Of a stretch of DNA of 64,000 nt, positions 40,817-50,545 are shown piece by piece. Origin of the DNA: Moorena sp. SIOASIH (GTDB taxonomy: Bacteria; Cyanobacteriota; Cyanobacteriia; Cyanobacteriales; Coleofasciculaceae). Under the pieces are notes generated by a model, which saw only the letters and a program-made list of their open reading frames with translations, had not been told where the DNA came from and did not search any database. Made by a program: the position numbers and the translations under genes. Position 1 is the stretch's first letter; each line of letters begins with the position of its first letter. The stretch lies in NCBI RefSeq assembly GCF_010671925.1, contig NZ_JAAHIH010000001.1:613053-677052 (forward strand), in the 5' to 3' direction.

Positions 40817-41270
40817 CTGGTTGAAGGTTAGCTGGTTGAAGGTTGAAGGTTAGCTGGTTGAAGGTTGAAGGTTACCCAGTTGTTCGCGTAGCGTGGCCTT
40901 TTGGCCAAGGTTGTTTGGTTGTTCGCGTAGCGTGGCCTTTTGGCCAAGGTTGAAGGTTACACAGTTGGAGGCTGAAGGTTGAAGCTTGAAGGTTACCGAG
41001 TTGTTCGCGTAGCGTGGCCTTTTGGCCAAGGTTGAGTTAACAACAATCGCGATCGCAAATCCCCCAACACCTCCCCAACGCCACTAGTACTATTAACCCA
41101 ACACCTAACCCCTAAAACCATTACCGTAACATTCAACGGTCAACCCTTTAACAACCTTCAACCTTCAACCAGCTAACCTTCAACCAGCTAACCTTCAACC
41201 TGTTAACCTTAAACCCTTTAACAACCTTCAACCTGTTAACCTTCAACCGATTAACAACTTTCAACCTTCA
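40800..41270. repeat. Composite foldback element: ~60-bp inverted termini built of GGTTGAA/GGTTAGC heptamers, enclosing three copies of the hairpin repeat GTTCGCGTAGCGTGGCCTTTTGGCCAAGG
   Basis: 40800-40870 is the reverse complement of about 41155-41225. Hairpin copies at about 40871-40900, 40916-40950 and 41003-41035. Lies between convergent genes. Confidence 0.6.
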
Positions 41271-41274
41271 ACTT

Positions 41275-42087
41275 TCAACTATCCTTAACTGCTACTAGCT
41301 CTAATTGATAGCGATAGAGAGCCACAGGTTGTTCCAAAGCTTTAAAGTAATCGGGGTCTTGTGGTGAGAGGTAAACCGCTGTAACTTGGTCAGCCTTAAT
41401 AATTGGACTAGGTGATTTATAGAACTGATATGCTGTTGTGGTTTCTACTTCGTTGAAAAAAGGTCGGCGAGTACCGCGAAAGACTTGGTTGACAACTTCT
41501 GTGGCAATAAACTGATCCGGAGCTGGTATTTCAGAAGCACGACCAGTAATCACTGAAACTAGTTGGCTCCCGGTGCGCAGAAGGGTAATCTGACGATTAG
41601 GGGTATTGGGGTCTACTTTGACAGCTCTAATTATGCGTTCGCCTAAGTAAGCCTTAGCAATATTCAACCCATTGAACCCTCGGTCAGCAACCACCTCTGA
41701 GGTAGGTTTTAATACTGATAGATTTTGTCTAGAACGTCGAGTTCTAAAGGGAATAAACCAATCCCCAAGCCCTGAGCTTGATTTCCCAACTTGTTGAAAC
41801 CTCACCAGAAAACTAATTGGCTCCTTGAGATGACTGCGATTACCTTCAAATCCTGGGGTGACTATTTCTGGTGCTAGAGGTGCTATCTGCTCGATCAGGG
41901 TGCTGGTAACTTTCCAAGTCCCCTTCATCCAAGTGGGATATAGCAAATCACCGGTCGCCGCTGTCACTGGTGGTTTGCTTTTCCAATCGGGAAACTGACC
42001 TAAACGCTCAGCTAACTCTCCTGCCTGAGCCTCACCACTACCAAAGAGTAAGGTCAACACCAGACATAATCCCAAAATTCTTTTCAA
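41275..42087 (-). CDS. Secreted conserved hypothetical protein (signal peptide)
   Basis: MKRILGLCLVLTLLFGSGEAQA signal peptide; 270 aa; coding-like composition; no recognised domain. Confidence 0.45.
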   Translation of the reverse strand: MKRILGLCLVLTLLFGSGEAQAGELAERLGQFPDWKSKPPVTAATGDLLYPTWMKGTWKVTSTLIEQIAPLAPEIVTPGFEGNRSHLKEPISFLVRFQQVGKSSSGLGDWFIPFRTRRSRQNLSVLKPTSEVVADRGFNGLNIAKAYLGERIIRAVKVDPNTPNRQITLLRTGSQLVSVITGRASEIPAPDQFIATEVVNQVFRGTRRPFFNEVETTTAYQFYKSPSPIIKADQVTAVYLSPQDPDYFKALEQPVALYRYQLELVAVKDS

Positions 42088-42414
42088 ACCAAAATTCCTC
42101 TCAGCTTAGACTGGTCAGCTATCTTGCGGTAAGGCAGGTCGCCCCATCCAAGCAAGAATCAAAGCAACAGGGGAGTGCTGACCTTTACCATTTTAACTTT
42201 GGGTGTCTGCACTATAGATGTTTCCACTGTCGGTGTTTTCACTAAGATATCCTTTTAGATATTCCTTAGCCTAATCCAGGGCTAACTGTCAAGTATAGTT
42301 CACTCTCGCGAGAACTGTCCAAAATCTGTAGAGTTTTTGATAATCGATGATTTTACTGACTTTTACTTCAATTCCTGGTAAGTGAACTACCACGACCTAC
42401 TTCGTTGTTAGCAT

Positions 42415-43950
42415 TCGCGCAGCGGAGGCCGTAGGCCAAAAGCGTGGCCTACGGCCAGGTCGTGGCTTCCAGCTTCACGGAAGAATGCCTCAACTTGGAC
42501 GGACGTCCACGTCTTGGTCTTACTTCTTCGACCCTGGCGTTGACCTCCCCCGTCCCAGAGGAGGATAGCATTCTGATCCCTTCTGCTCTAATATTCTTTG
42601 CCGCATTACCATCTCTATCATGATGAGTGCCACAGCTTGGACAAACCCAAGACCTTACATGTAGCGGTAACTCTTTGATTCGGTAATGACAATTAGAGCA
42701 GGTTTTGGAACTGGGAAACCATCGATCTATCTCAACTAGTACTTTTCCTTCTTTTTCGCATTTATAAGAAAGAAAATTAACAAAATTTCCCCAACTTAGA
42801 TCAGATATTGCTTTAGCTAATTTGTGGTTACGAACCATGCCCTTGACGTTTAGGTTTTCGACTACCACTACCTGGTTATTGTCAACTATTTTTCTAGATA
42901 GCTTATGCAAGTAGTCTTGGCGGACATTTCCAATCCGTTCGTATACCTTAGCTACAATCTTTTTGGCCTTTTTGCGTCCATTGCTCCCTTTCTTTTTTCG
43001 GGCAGCAATACGCTGCTTTTTCGCTAGTTTATTTTCGTACTTTGCTAAATGCTTGGGATTCCCAAATTTAGAAGTTTTTTCACCATCGTAGGTGATCGCA
43101 AAATCTTTAATACCTAAATCAATACCAATCACTTTACCTGTGGCCTTTGGCCACGCTGCGCGAACAATAGATGGCTTTACGTCGTTCGAGTCGTATTGCA
43201 TCAGTACAGAGGCATAGTATTTACCGGAAGGAGTCTTGCTGACTGTGACAGTTTTGATTTCTCCATCTAATGGTCGGTGGATTATTGCTTTAACAACTCC
43301 CAACTTTCCGGGAAATTTGAGACAGTCACCTACCTGTTTTACGTACTGTGGATATTGGATTGATTGACGGTGATGATATGACTTGAATTTAGGATATTTA
43401 GCTCTACCTTGGCCTATGGCCACGCTACGCGAACAAAAAAGTTTTGATATCCACGACTAAGATTGAGACTGACCGATTGCAAAATCTGAGAGTAACAATC
43501 CTTTAGCCATACGGTTTTCTCGTCTTTTTTGAGTTTTGGCAACATAGCATTAAGTGCAGAACGAGACAATCCTTTCCCGGTTTCCTTGTAGGTTTCTATG
43601 CACTGATTTAGAGCATAATTCCACCACCAACGAGCACAGCCAAAGTGCTGAGCAAGTATATGAACTTGCTCTTGTGTGGGGTAAATTCGGATCTTTACGG
43701 CTTGATGTCTCATTTTTCCTGCATTTGCTATCGACCTATATATCATTATATGTCATTTGTGATAAATCGTCAATTCATCAGCAAAGGTTTTGAGAGGGCT
43801 ATCCATCCTAGAGACGAAACCTGATTGTTAGTGGAGCCTTTATGGTTAGTCGGCTATGCATAAAAGGGTTAAAACTTTTTGATTAAGGCTCCACTATCCT
43901 TACGGTAACTTCAACACCTGGACGTTCGCGCAGCGTGGCCAAAGGCCAGG
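42415..43950 (-). mobile_element. IS200/IS605-family TnpB-only (IS1341-like) element with hairpin repeats at both ends
   Basis: The tnpB reading frames are flanked by GTTCGCGCAGCG-GTGGCC-loop-GGCCAC-type hairpins at 42420-42470 and 43924-43948. Confidence 0.45.
42449..43746 (-). pseudogene. tnpB: tnpB split into two ORFs by insertion of a 25-nt REP-like hairpin repeat
   Basis: The N-terminal ORF 43414-43746 (KIRIYPTQEQ..) ends ..FVRVAWP at a TAG created by the repeat (43410-43437, TGGCCTATGGCCACGCTACGCGAACAA). The C-terminal ORF 42449-43423 carries RuvC motifs (IGIDLGIKDF, VVVENLNVKGM) and a zinc finger (CSNC..CPSCG). A second copy of the repeat at 43141-43167 is in frame and encodes VRAAWPKA. 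Confidence 0.75.
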
Positions 43951-44357
43951 TGGGAGAATTTCGCCCCCTCAAACTCCCCCTATTTCGTTAAAAATTAGTC
44001 TAATAGGCTTACCATAGAGAGCTTAAAACTATGTGGCTATATCAAAAAGATTTAGTGAAGTTAATATAAATTAACGGGAACAAAGTTAATCAGTAAGGTT
44101 CATAATAAAAGTGTATATATAATACTAGTGTATATACTTAGATCTTAATAAAGGCTTCAAGATTTCAGTTAAGGTCACCAGCCTGATGTTTACCAAACCC
44201 TGACCATAGTACTATTCCCCTCAGTATTGTGATTCAGTGTAATTCAGTGTGATTCAGTGTGATTCACTCCTAAGCAGCTGATACCCCAGGGTGCATCTGA
44301 CCTCAGCTTAAAAACAGACGTATTAGGAAATTGCTAATCTCATCCTGTAGTTGACTA

Positions 44358-47300
44358 ATGCATTTTGGAATTCAGGATAGCCGATTAAAAACGATATTAC
44401 CCATGAGCCAAATCAAATTAGCTGTGAGTCAAATCAGCCAGTCCCTGGCAGCCGTATCTTTGTTGGTAGCCCATATTGGTGTCATGCCAACTCAAGCACA
44501 GCCCATTCAAGCCGATGGTAGCACTCCGACCCAAGTCACCCCCAATGACAATCAATTTGATATTGATGGTGGAACCCCCTCTGGAAATAATCTCTTTCAC
44601 AGCTTTCAAGAGTTTGGTCTAGACCAAGACCAAATTGCTAACTTCCTATCTCAACCGGGTATACAAAACATTCTGAGTCGGGTCACCGGTGGTAATGCTT
44701 CTGTGATCAACGGTCTAATACAAGTTACAGGGGGCAGCCCTAACCTGTTTTTAATGAACCCAGCGGGGATAATTTTTGGTGCTAATGCCCAGCTGAATGT
44801 CCCTGCTTCTTTAACTGCAACTACGGCCACCAGCATTGGCTTTGGTGATGACAATTGGTTTAATGCCTTTGGTGACAATGACTACTCTAGCTTAGTCGGT
44901 ACACCCAGTGCCTTTGCGTTTGATACATCCCAGACACCTGGGACATCCCAGACACCGGGACTAATTTTTAATGAGGGTATAGAAATCCTAGAAGGAAATA
45001 ACCTGACTTTAATCGGTGGTACTGTCATTAACACCAATCAACTGGAGCTTCCAGACGGAACAATTACTATAGCTACGGTGCCTGGGGGAAGTTTGGTAAA
45101 AATTAGCCAGCAAGGAAGTTTGCTGAATTTGGAAGTTGAACCCCTAACCTCAAATCCCTCCACAGCAGAACAATCTTTTACACCGCTCTCTTTAGCGGAG
45201 CTATTAACCGGGGATGATGTCAGTCATGCCACAGAATTCACGGATAATGGTGATAACACGGTGACCTTGACTAGTTCTGGCATCACTATATCGCCTGGTG
45301 ATGTAACTGTTTCTGCCAACAATAACCTGACTCTGAGAGGAAGCCAGCTATCTAGCACGGGGGAATTAACCCTATTGGCGAAAGAGACCGTACTGATCAG
45401 GGACACACCAGAGAATTCCTTCCAAGCAGTAGCAGGAGGAAACCTCAAGATTCAGGGGGATGGGGGCATTGATATCCAAGCACTGAAGAATCCCAACACC
45501 CGCTTCGAGAGTGGTGGCGACCTGACATTGGTCAGCGATGGCACGATCTCTACAGATGCTCACTTTGCCAGTGGCGGTAATTTCTCAATTGAAAATTTAG
45601 CTGGTGAACCAGGTAACTTTGTTAGCCTCCAAGACCCAATTATCACTGCTGACGGAGATGTTACGTTTGGGAATTACACAGGGTCTTCTCTTAAAGTAGA
45701 ATCCACAGGAAATATTGAAGCTGGGAATATCAAAATCACCGCACCAGATACTGGGCTAGCCGATTTAGACTCAGAGTTAACAGATACTCAGCCAGAAAAT
45801 TTTCTAGAGTTAGTTTCCACTTCAAAGCGGAACGAATTAGATAGTGAAACTTTAAACAAATTAGAGAATCAAACCTTAAAAACTACTCGTGCCGTGATTT
45901 TAAGGGCGGGTTTGAATAAAGATGAATTGAGCAATCAAGTTACGGTAAATTCTGGAGATGCTTCATCCAATCAAGTTACGGACAATGCTGGAGATGCTTC
46001 ATCCAAAGGGAGTATCACCATTGGTAATATCGATACCAGTAATCCTCCTAATGGTGGTGGTAATAATGCTCCTGGAATTCAAGGTGATGCTGGTCCTGTG
46101 ATATTATCTGCTAAAGGTGACATTATTTTTCGCAATAGCAATAGTGATGGGACAAATAATAATATTAGAAATAATAATTTAACCCAAATAAGAACCACAG
46201 AAACAAATGGGAATAATTCTGGTAATGTATTTTTGGAAACCAAAGAGGGCAGTATTAGGATAGAGGGAGTAGGACTCGATATCAACACTGAGGTTTCAAG
46301 CGATGGTAATGCTGGGAAAGTAACGTTTCAGGTTCCAAATTTAGATAATATCGACTCTGGTAAGTTGCAACTCAGGACAAGAGCTCGGGGTAGTGCTGAT
46401 GCTGGTGATGTAGAGTTTGTTAGTCAGCAAGAGAGCAGCCCAGAGCAGAAACAACAAATAAGAGATCAAATCGAGGAAGATGTGCGGGCTTTCGGTGGAG
46501 GGGGTATAGGTGATTTTATTTTTAGCCGTTTTCCCACAGATACTAATACAGAAGAGGAAACAAACCAACAAAACGACACAAACCAACAAGAAGAAACAGA
46601 CCTTATAGAAGAAACCGACCTTATAGACACTGGTGAAACCGACCTTATAGACACTGGTGAAACCGACCTTATAGACACTGGTGAAACCGACCTTATAGAC
46701 ACTGGTGAAACCGACCTTATAGACACTGGTGAAACCGACTCTGACTCTAACCTTAATGTTAGCTTGGGCGAAGGTAATGAAATTGTTAATGAAACATCCC
46801 CTGAAACAAGTGACTCCAACGGTGGAAACAGTGGTAAGCAGACTCCCGCTTCCACCTCTGACAAGACTGCGATCACTGACACCCAAGAGTCCTCTAGCTC
46901 AGACCCTAGTAGCTCAGACCCTGGTAGTTCAGACGCTAGTAGTTCAGACCCTGGTAGTTCAGAACCTGGAACCCCTACTGCTTCATCTCAATCAAATTCC
47001 CCAACTGAGGAGGTCTCACCTGAAACTGACCCAGTTTATTTAATTGAAGAAGCCTTCACCAAAGAATATCAGTCACACTTTCAGCGATCGTTCAAGACGA
47101 AAATCAACACACAGAATGATGTCCGCAATCGGACTCGGGAGCTTGAGAGGGAGACAGGGCTAAAGACTGCGGTGATTTACGTCAGTTTTGTCGAAAATTC
47201 CAGTACCTTACCAGGCACTCGATGTCAAAGTCCCTCAATCCCTGTTTCCAAAATCGACCGACGGTTTGGTTACCGACTCTCTCAGGTGCCTCAAGCACCA

Positions 47301-48353
47301 GAGCGTTGCTTACCAAAACCAAACGACCAGCTGGAACTTTTGGTGATCACCGCTGAAGGTAATCCAATTCTGCGGCGAATCAATGGTGCAAGTCGTGATC
47401 AAGTCCTAGCTGTGACCAATACATTTCAGCGATCGCTTAGCAATCCCCACAGCTTGGATGCCAAAGCCCACCTAAATCCAGGTGAGCAACTTTATCAATG
47501 GATCATAGCGCCCTTACAGAAGGAATTAAATGACCGCAAGATTCAGAGCCTAATATTTGCTATGGATGAGGGTTTGCGCTCCCTACCCCTAGCAGCTATC
47601 TACGATGGGCAACAATATCTGGTTGAGAAGTATGGTGTTAATTTGGTGCCTAGTCTGAGCTTAACCTATTCTCGTCACACAGATGTGAGACCCTTCCGGG
47701 TTCTGGCAATGGGAGCATCGAAATTTCGTTATCAAAATCCTTTGCCTGGGGTAGAAGTGGAGTTAAGCACCATCACTGAAAAACTGTGGAAAGGTCGCTC
47801 TTTTCTCAACGAAGCCTTTACTCTCGAAAATTTAATGGCTCAACGACAACAGCGGCAATATGGCATCATTCACCTAGCCACCCATGCAGAGTTCAACTCG
47901 GGAACTCCTAACGATTCCTACATTCAGATGTGGAACCGCAAACTAAGGCTGTATGAAATGAAAAATCTACTTTATGAGCCATCGGTAGAGTTGTTGGTAC
48001 TCAGCGCTTGCCGAACCGCTTTGGGCAATCGAGAAGCGGAGTTGGGTTTTGCTGGGTCAGCTTTTCAGGCAGGAGTTGACTCGACTTTGGCAACCCTTTG
48101 GTATGTCAGTGATCAAGGTGCTCTGGGGCTAACTACTGAGTTTTACCGTCAGTTGAGAAAGACATCGAGTAAAAGTGAAGCTTTGCGACAGGCACAGTTA
48201 GCGATGATTCAAGGCAATGTGCGTATCGAGAATAATCAGTTATATGGCTCGGGCAAGAACATCTCGTTACCGCCAGAATTGTCAGGAGCAGGAAAACAAA
48301 GCTTTTCTCATCCCTACTATTGGGCTGCTTTTACCCTAGTTGGGGATCCCTAG
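44358..48353 (+). CDS. Giant protein: filamentous-haemagglutinin N-terminal (TPS-type) domain + internal repeats + C-terminal CHAT (caspase-like) domain
   Basis: N-terminal FHA-N motifs: NFLSQPGIQNILSRVTGGNASVINGLIQV, NLFLMNPAGIIFGANAQLNV. Internal (ETDLIDTG)5 and SSDPGSSD repeats. C-terminal CHAT motifs: IIHLATHAEF (His) and LVLSACRTALG (Cys). Confidence 0.8.
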   Translation: MHFGIQDSRLKTILPMSQIKLAVSQISQSLAAVSLLVAHIGVMPTQAQPIQADGSTPTQVTPNDNQFDIDGGTPSGNNLFHSFQEFGLDQDQIANFLSQPGIQNILSRVTGGNASVINGLIQVTGGSPNLFLMNPAGIIFGANAQLNVPASLTATTATSIGFGDDNWFNAFGDNDYSSLVGTPSAFAFDTSQTPGTSQTPGLIFNEGIEILEGNNLTLIGGTVINTNQLELPDGTITIATVPGGSLVKISQQGSLLNLEVEPLTSNPSTAEQSFTPLSLAELLTGDDVSHATEFTDNGDNTVTLTSSGITISPGDVTVSANNNLTLRGSQLSSTGELTLLAKETVLIRDTPENSFQAVAGGNLKIQGDGGIDIQALKNPNTRFESGGDLTLVSDGTISTDAHFASGGNFSIENLAGEPGNFVSLQDPIITADGDVTFGNYTGSSLKVESTGNIEAGNIKITAPDTGLADLDSELTDTQPENFLELVSTSKRNELDSETLNKLENQTLKTTRAVILRAGLNKDELSNQVTVNSGDASSNQVTDNAGDASSKGSITIGNIDTSNPPNGGGNNAPGIQGDAGPVILSAKGDIIFRNSNSDGTNNNIRNNNLTQIRTTETNGNNSGNVFLETKEGSIRIEGVGLDINTEVSSDGNAGKVTFQVPNLDNIDSGKLQLRTRARGSADAGDVEFVSQQESSPEQKQQIRDQIEEDVRAFGGGGIGDFIFSRFPTDTNTEEETNQQNDTNQQEETDLIEETDLIDTGETDLIDTGETDLIDTGETDLIDTGETDLIDTGETDSDSNLNVSLGEGNEIVNETSPETSDSNGGNSGKQTPASTSDKTAITDTQESSSSDPSSSDPGSSDASSSDPGSSEPGTPTASSQSNSPTEEVSPETDPVYLIEEAFTKEYQSHFQRSFKTKINTQNDVRNRTRELERETGLKTAVIYVSFVENSSTLPGTRCQSPSIPVSKIDRRFGYRLSQVPQAPERCLPKPNDQLELLVITAEGNPILRRINGASRDQVLAVTNTFQRSLSNPHSLDAKAHLNPGEQLYQWIIAPLQKELNDRKIQSLIFAMDEGLRSLPLAAIYDGQQYLVEKYGVNLVPSLSLTYSRHTDVRPFRVLAMGASKFRYQNPLPGVEVELSTITEKLWKGRSFLNEAFTLENLMAQRQQRQYGIIHLATHAEFNSGTPNDSYIQMWNRKLRLYEMKNLLYEPSVELLVLSACRTALGNREAELGFAGSAFQAGVDSTLATLWYVSDQGALGLTTEFYRQLRKTSSKSEALRQAQLAMIQGNVRIENNQLYGSGKNISLPPELSGAGKQSFSHPYYWAAFTLVGDP
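46595..46740. repeat. 24-nt in-frame tandem repeat (GAAACCGACCTTATAGACACTGGT)x5 inside the FHA/CHAT gene
   Basis: Direct reading; encodes ETDLIDTG units. Confidence 0.85.
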
Positions 48354-48363
48354 TGAATACCCT

Positions 48364-49320
48364 TTATTGTTCATAATTTTGATAAGCAGTAACAATCCTC
48401 TGAACGAGGGGATTACGGACAACATCCTTATTGGTGAGTTCGCAGAAAGCAATACCTTCTACAGATCTTAAGATTTTTAGGGTGATCGCTAATCCTGAGG
48501 GTTGGTTGCTAGATAAATCGGTCTGGGTGAGATCACCAGTCACTACCATCCGAGAACGTGAACCCAAACGAGTCAAAACCATCTTCATCTGGGCTGGTGT
48601 GGTATTCTGAGCTTCATCAATAATCACGAAGGCATTATTGAGGGTGCGACCTCGCATATACGCTAGGGGAGCCACTTCAATAATGCCCCGTTCCATTAAA
48701 TTGGCAGTCTTCTCTGTATCAATCAGTTCATGGAGAGCATCATAAAGGGGGCGCAAATAGGGATTAATTTTTTGCTGCAAGTCTCCTGGTAAAAAGCCAA
48801 GTTTTTCACCAGCTTCTACCGCTGGTCGTGTCAGAATCAGCCGTTCATATTGATTATTGAGTAACGCCTGAGCGGCGATTACCACAGCTAGGAAAGTTTT
48901 ACCAGTGCCTGCTGGTCCCACACAGAAGGTGAGGTCATGGCTTAGTACAGCTTTGATATACTGCCGTTGCCGGAAGGTTTTAGCTCGGATTACCTCACCC
49001 CGGCGAGTATGAGCCAGTACATCTTGATGTAAATCTTTTAATTCATCCTGTCGCTTGGTATCTAAGGCATGAATTGCGGTTTGGATGTCTACTCCTGTAA
49101 TCCTTTTACCTTCGAGCCAATAGGTTTTAAGCGATCGCACTAGGGATGATACCCGCTCGACCTGTTTCTCGGTGCCAGAAATCAATAACTCTTGCCCTCG
49201 CAGCACCAGATGCGCACCGGTTTGCCGTGATAGGGTTTTGAGGTTTTCTTCCTGGTCTCCAACCAAGGCAATTGCACTTTCTGGGCTGGGTAGCTCAATT
49301 GTTTTGGATACTTCACTCAA
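48364..49320 (-). CDS. phoH: PhoH-family ATPase (YbeZ-like) with an N-terminal KH-like domain
   Basis: Walker A GPAGTGKTFLAV; FVIIDEAQNTT; VVTGDLTQTDL; 318 aa. Confidence 0.9.
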   Translation of the reverse strand: MSEVSKTIELPSPESAIALVGDQEENLKTLSRQTGAHLVLRGQELLISGTEKQVERVSSLVRSLKTYWLEGKRITGVDIQTAIHALDTKRQDELKDLHQDVLAHTRRGEVIRAKTFRQRQYIKAVLSHDLTFCVGPAGTGKTFLAVVIAAQALLNNQYERLILTRPAVEAGEKLGFLPGDLQQKINPYLRPLYDALHELIDTEKTANLMERGIIEVAPLAYMRGRTLNNAFVIIDEAQNTTPAQMKMVLTRLGSRSRMVVTGDLTQTDLSSNQPSGLAITLKILRSVEGIAFCELTNKDVVRNPLVQRIVTAYQNYEQ

Positions 49321-49527
49321 GGTTTATCAACTACAGGCTTCAGTCTCAACTATCGAAGTTAACTGGTAACTTAAGTAAGTTAATATACAACTCAATCTAC
49401 CAATCTTGACCAATCTTCAAGGTTTCCTGCCATTGGTAATGAGAGGTACAGCAGCAGGATGTTTTTTACTCCCTTTTCTCCATTGTCCTCTCATTACCCA
49501 AACCTTCAAAACTATTGCAATAGAGCA

Positions 49528-49944
49528 CTAGGTGCGAAATCTTGGAGTTACTCTAGGTCTGGAAACTCGGCGAGGTAAATTTCTTCTGACAATGGTTCTA
49601 CGACTAGGGCCATTGTCTCGACGAGGGCTACTACCTGAGCCTGAGCCTTCATAGATATCCAAATAAACAGTTTGACCAGCAGCTTGGGCTGCTGCTTTAA
49701 TTACTGTCCGAATCGCTTGAATATTGCGACCACCCCGACCGAAAACTCGCCCTTTATCCTCTCCATTAAAAGCTAGTCTAATCCAAACACGCTCTTTCCC
49801 ATTTGATTTCTCACAGTCCACGCTGAGGGAGTCTGGTGATTCCAAGAACGGCTCGATTAAAAATCTCACTAGTGCTGAATAATCTGGGTCATCATCTCGA
49901 ACAGAAGCAGATAGGATTTCAGGTACGGATTTGTTCAAAAACAT
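49528..49944 (-). CDS. KH-domain RNA-binding protein (KhpA-like) with an Arg-rich tail
   Basis: [59 protein letters not shown] is the KhpA/UPF0109 fold. Immediately downstream of rpsP, as is typical. The start is uncertain (the track ORF begins at 49992, inside rpsP). Confidence 0.7.
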   Translation of the reverse strand: MFLNKSVPEILSASVRDDDPDYSALVRFLIEPFLESPDSLSVDCEKSNGKERVWIRLAFNGEDKGRVFGRGGRNIQAIRTVIKAAAQAAGQTVYLDIYEGSGSGSSPRRDNGPSRRTIVRRNLPRRVSRPRVTPRFRT

Positions 49945-50167
49945 TGGCTTTTTGCAAGATATTACGCACGGTTTGTGTTGGCTGAGCTCCATTTTTGAGC
50001 CACTTCACTATTGCTGGTACATTCAGCCTCGTTTCATCATTTCTTGGATTATAGAATCCCAGTTCTTCTAGAGGACGTCCATCACGGCGTGCACTGCTGG
50101 GAATTGCCACTATTCGATAGCTGACTTCACGCTTTTTGCCGAATCGTTTTAATCTGATTTTGATCAT
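49919..50167 (-). CDS. rpsP: 30S ribosomal protein S16
   Basis: [25 protein letters not shown] is the canonical S16 N-terminus; 82 aa. Confidence 0.9.
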   Translation of the reverse strand: MIKIRLKRFGKKREVSYRIVAIPSSARRDGRPLEELGFYNPRNDETRLNVPAIVKWLKNGAQPTQTVRNILQKANVFEQIRT

Positions 50168-50407
50168 TGTACCTAATTAATTCACCTGTTTGATTTTAAG
50201 CGATCTTTGGGGGTTTGAAAGTGAACAGGTTGAATGGTGAAGATTTTAACTGACTCAGCAGGCAAGCCGCTACCTCTTTACAATCTTCTCACCTACCCGA
50301 CACCGCACGCCTCAGGGAACGGACTAACCTTCAGGCTAACCTTTTACTGGCTAACCTTCTACCAGATAACCTATCCTAAACCGAATCGCCAAAGGCGAAC
50401 AACAGGC

Positions 50408-50545
50408 TAACCTTCAGCGTAACCTTGGCCAAAAGGCCACGCGATCGCGTTCAACCTTCTAACCTTGGCCAAAAGGCCACGCAATCGCGTTCAACCTTCT
50501 AACCTTGGCCAAAAGGCCACGCAATCGCGTTCAACCTTCCTTCTA
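50408..50545. repeat. Three tandem copies of the hairpin repeat AACCTTGGCCAAAAGGCCACGC(G/A)ATCGCGTTCAACCTTCT
   Basis: Direct reading. The core GGCCAAAAGGCC palindrome plus a GCGATCGC (HIP1) variant of the GTTCGCG..GTGGCC family. Lies downstream of ffh. Confidence 0.8.

Noticed and set aside
46341-47043. Antisense and alternative-frame ORFs inside the FHA/CHAT gene (VGFTSVYK repeats and similar)
   Set aside because: Generated by the in-frame 24-nt tandem repeat and Ser/Asp-rich repeats of the real plus-strand gene.
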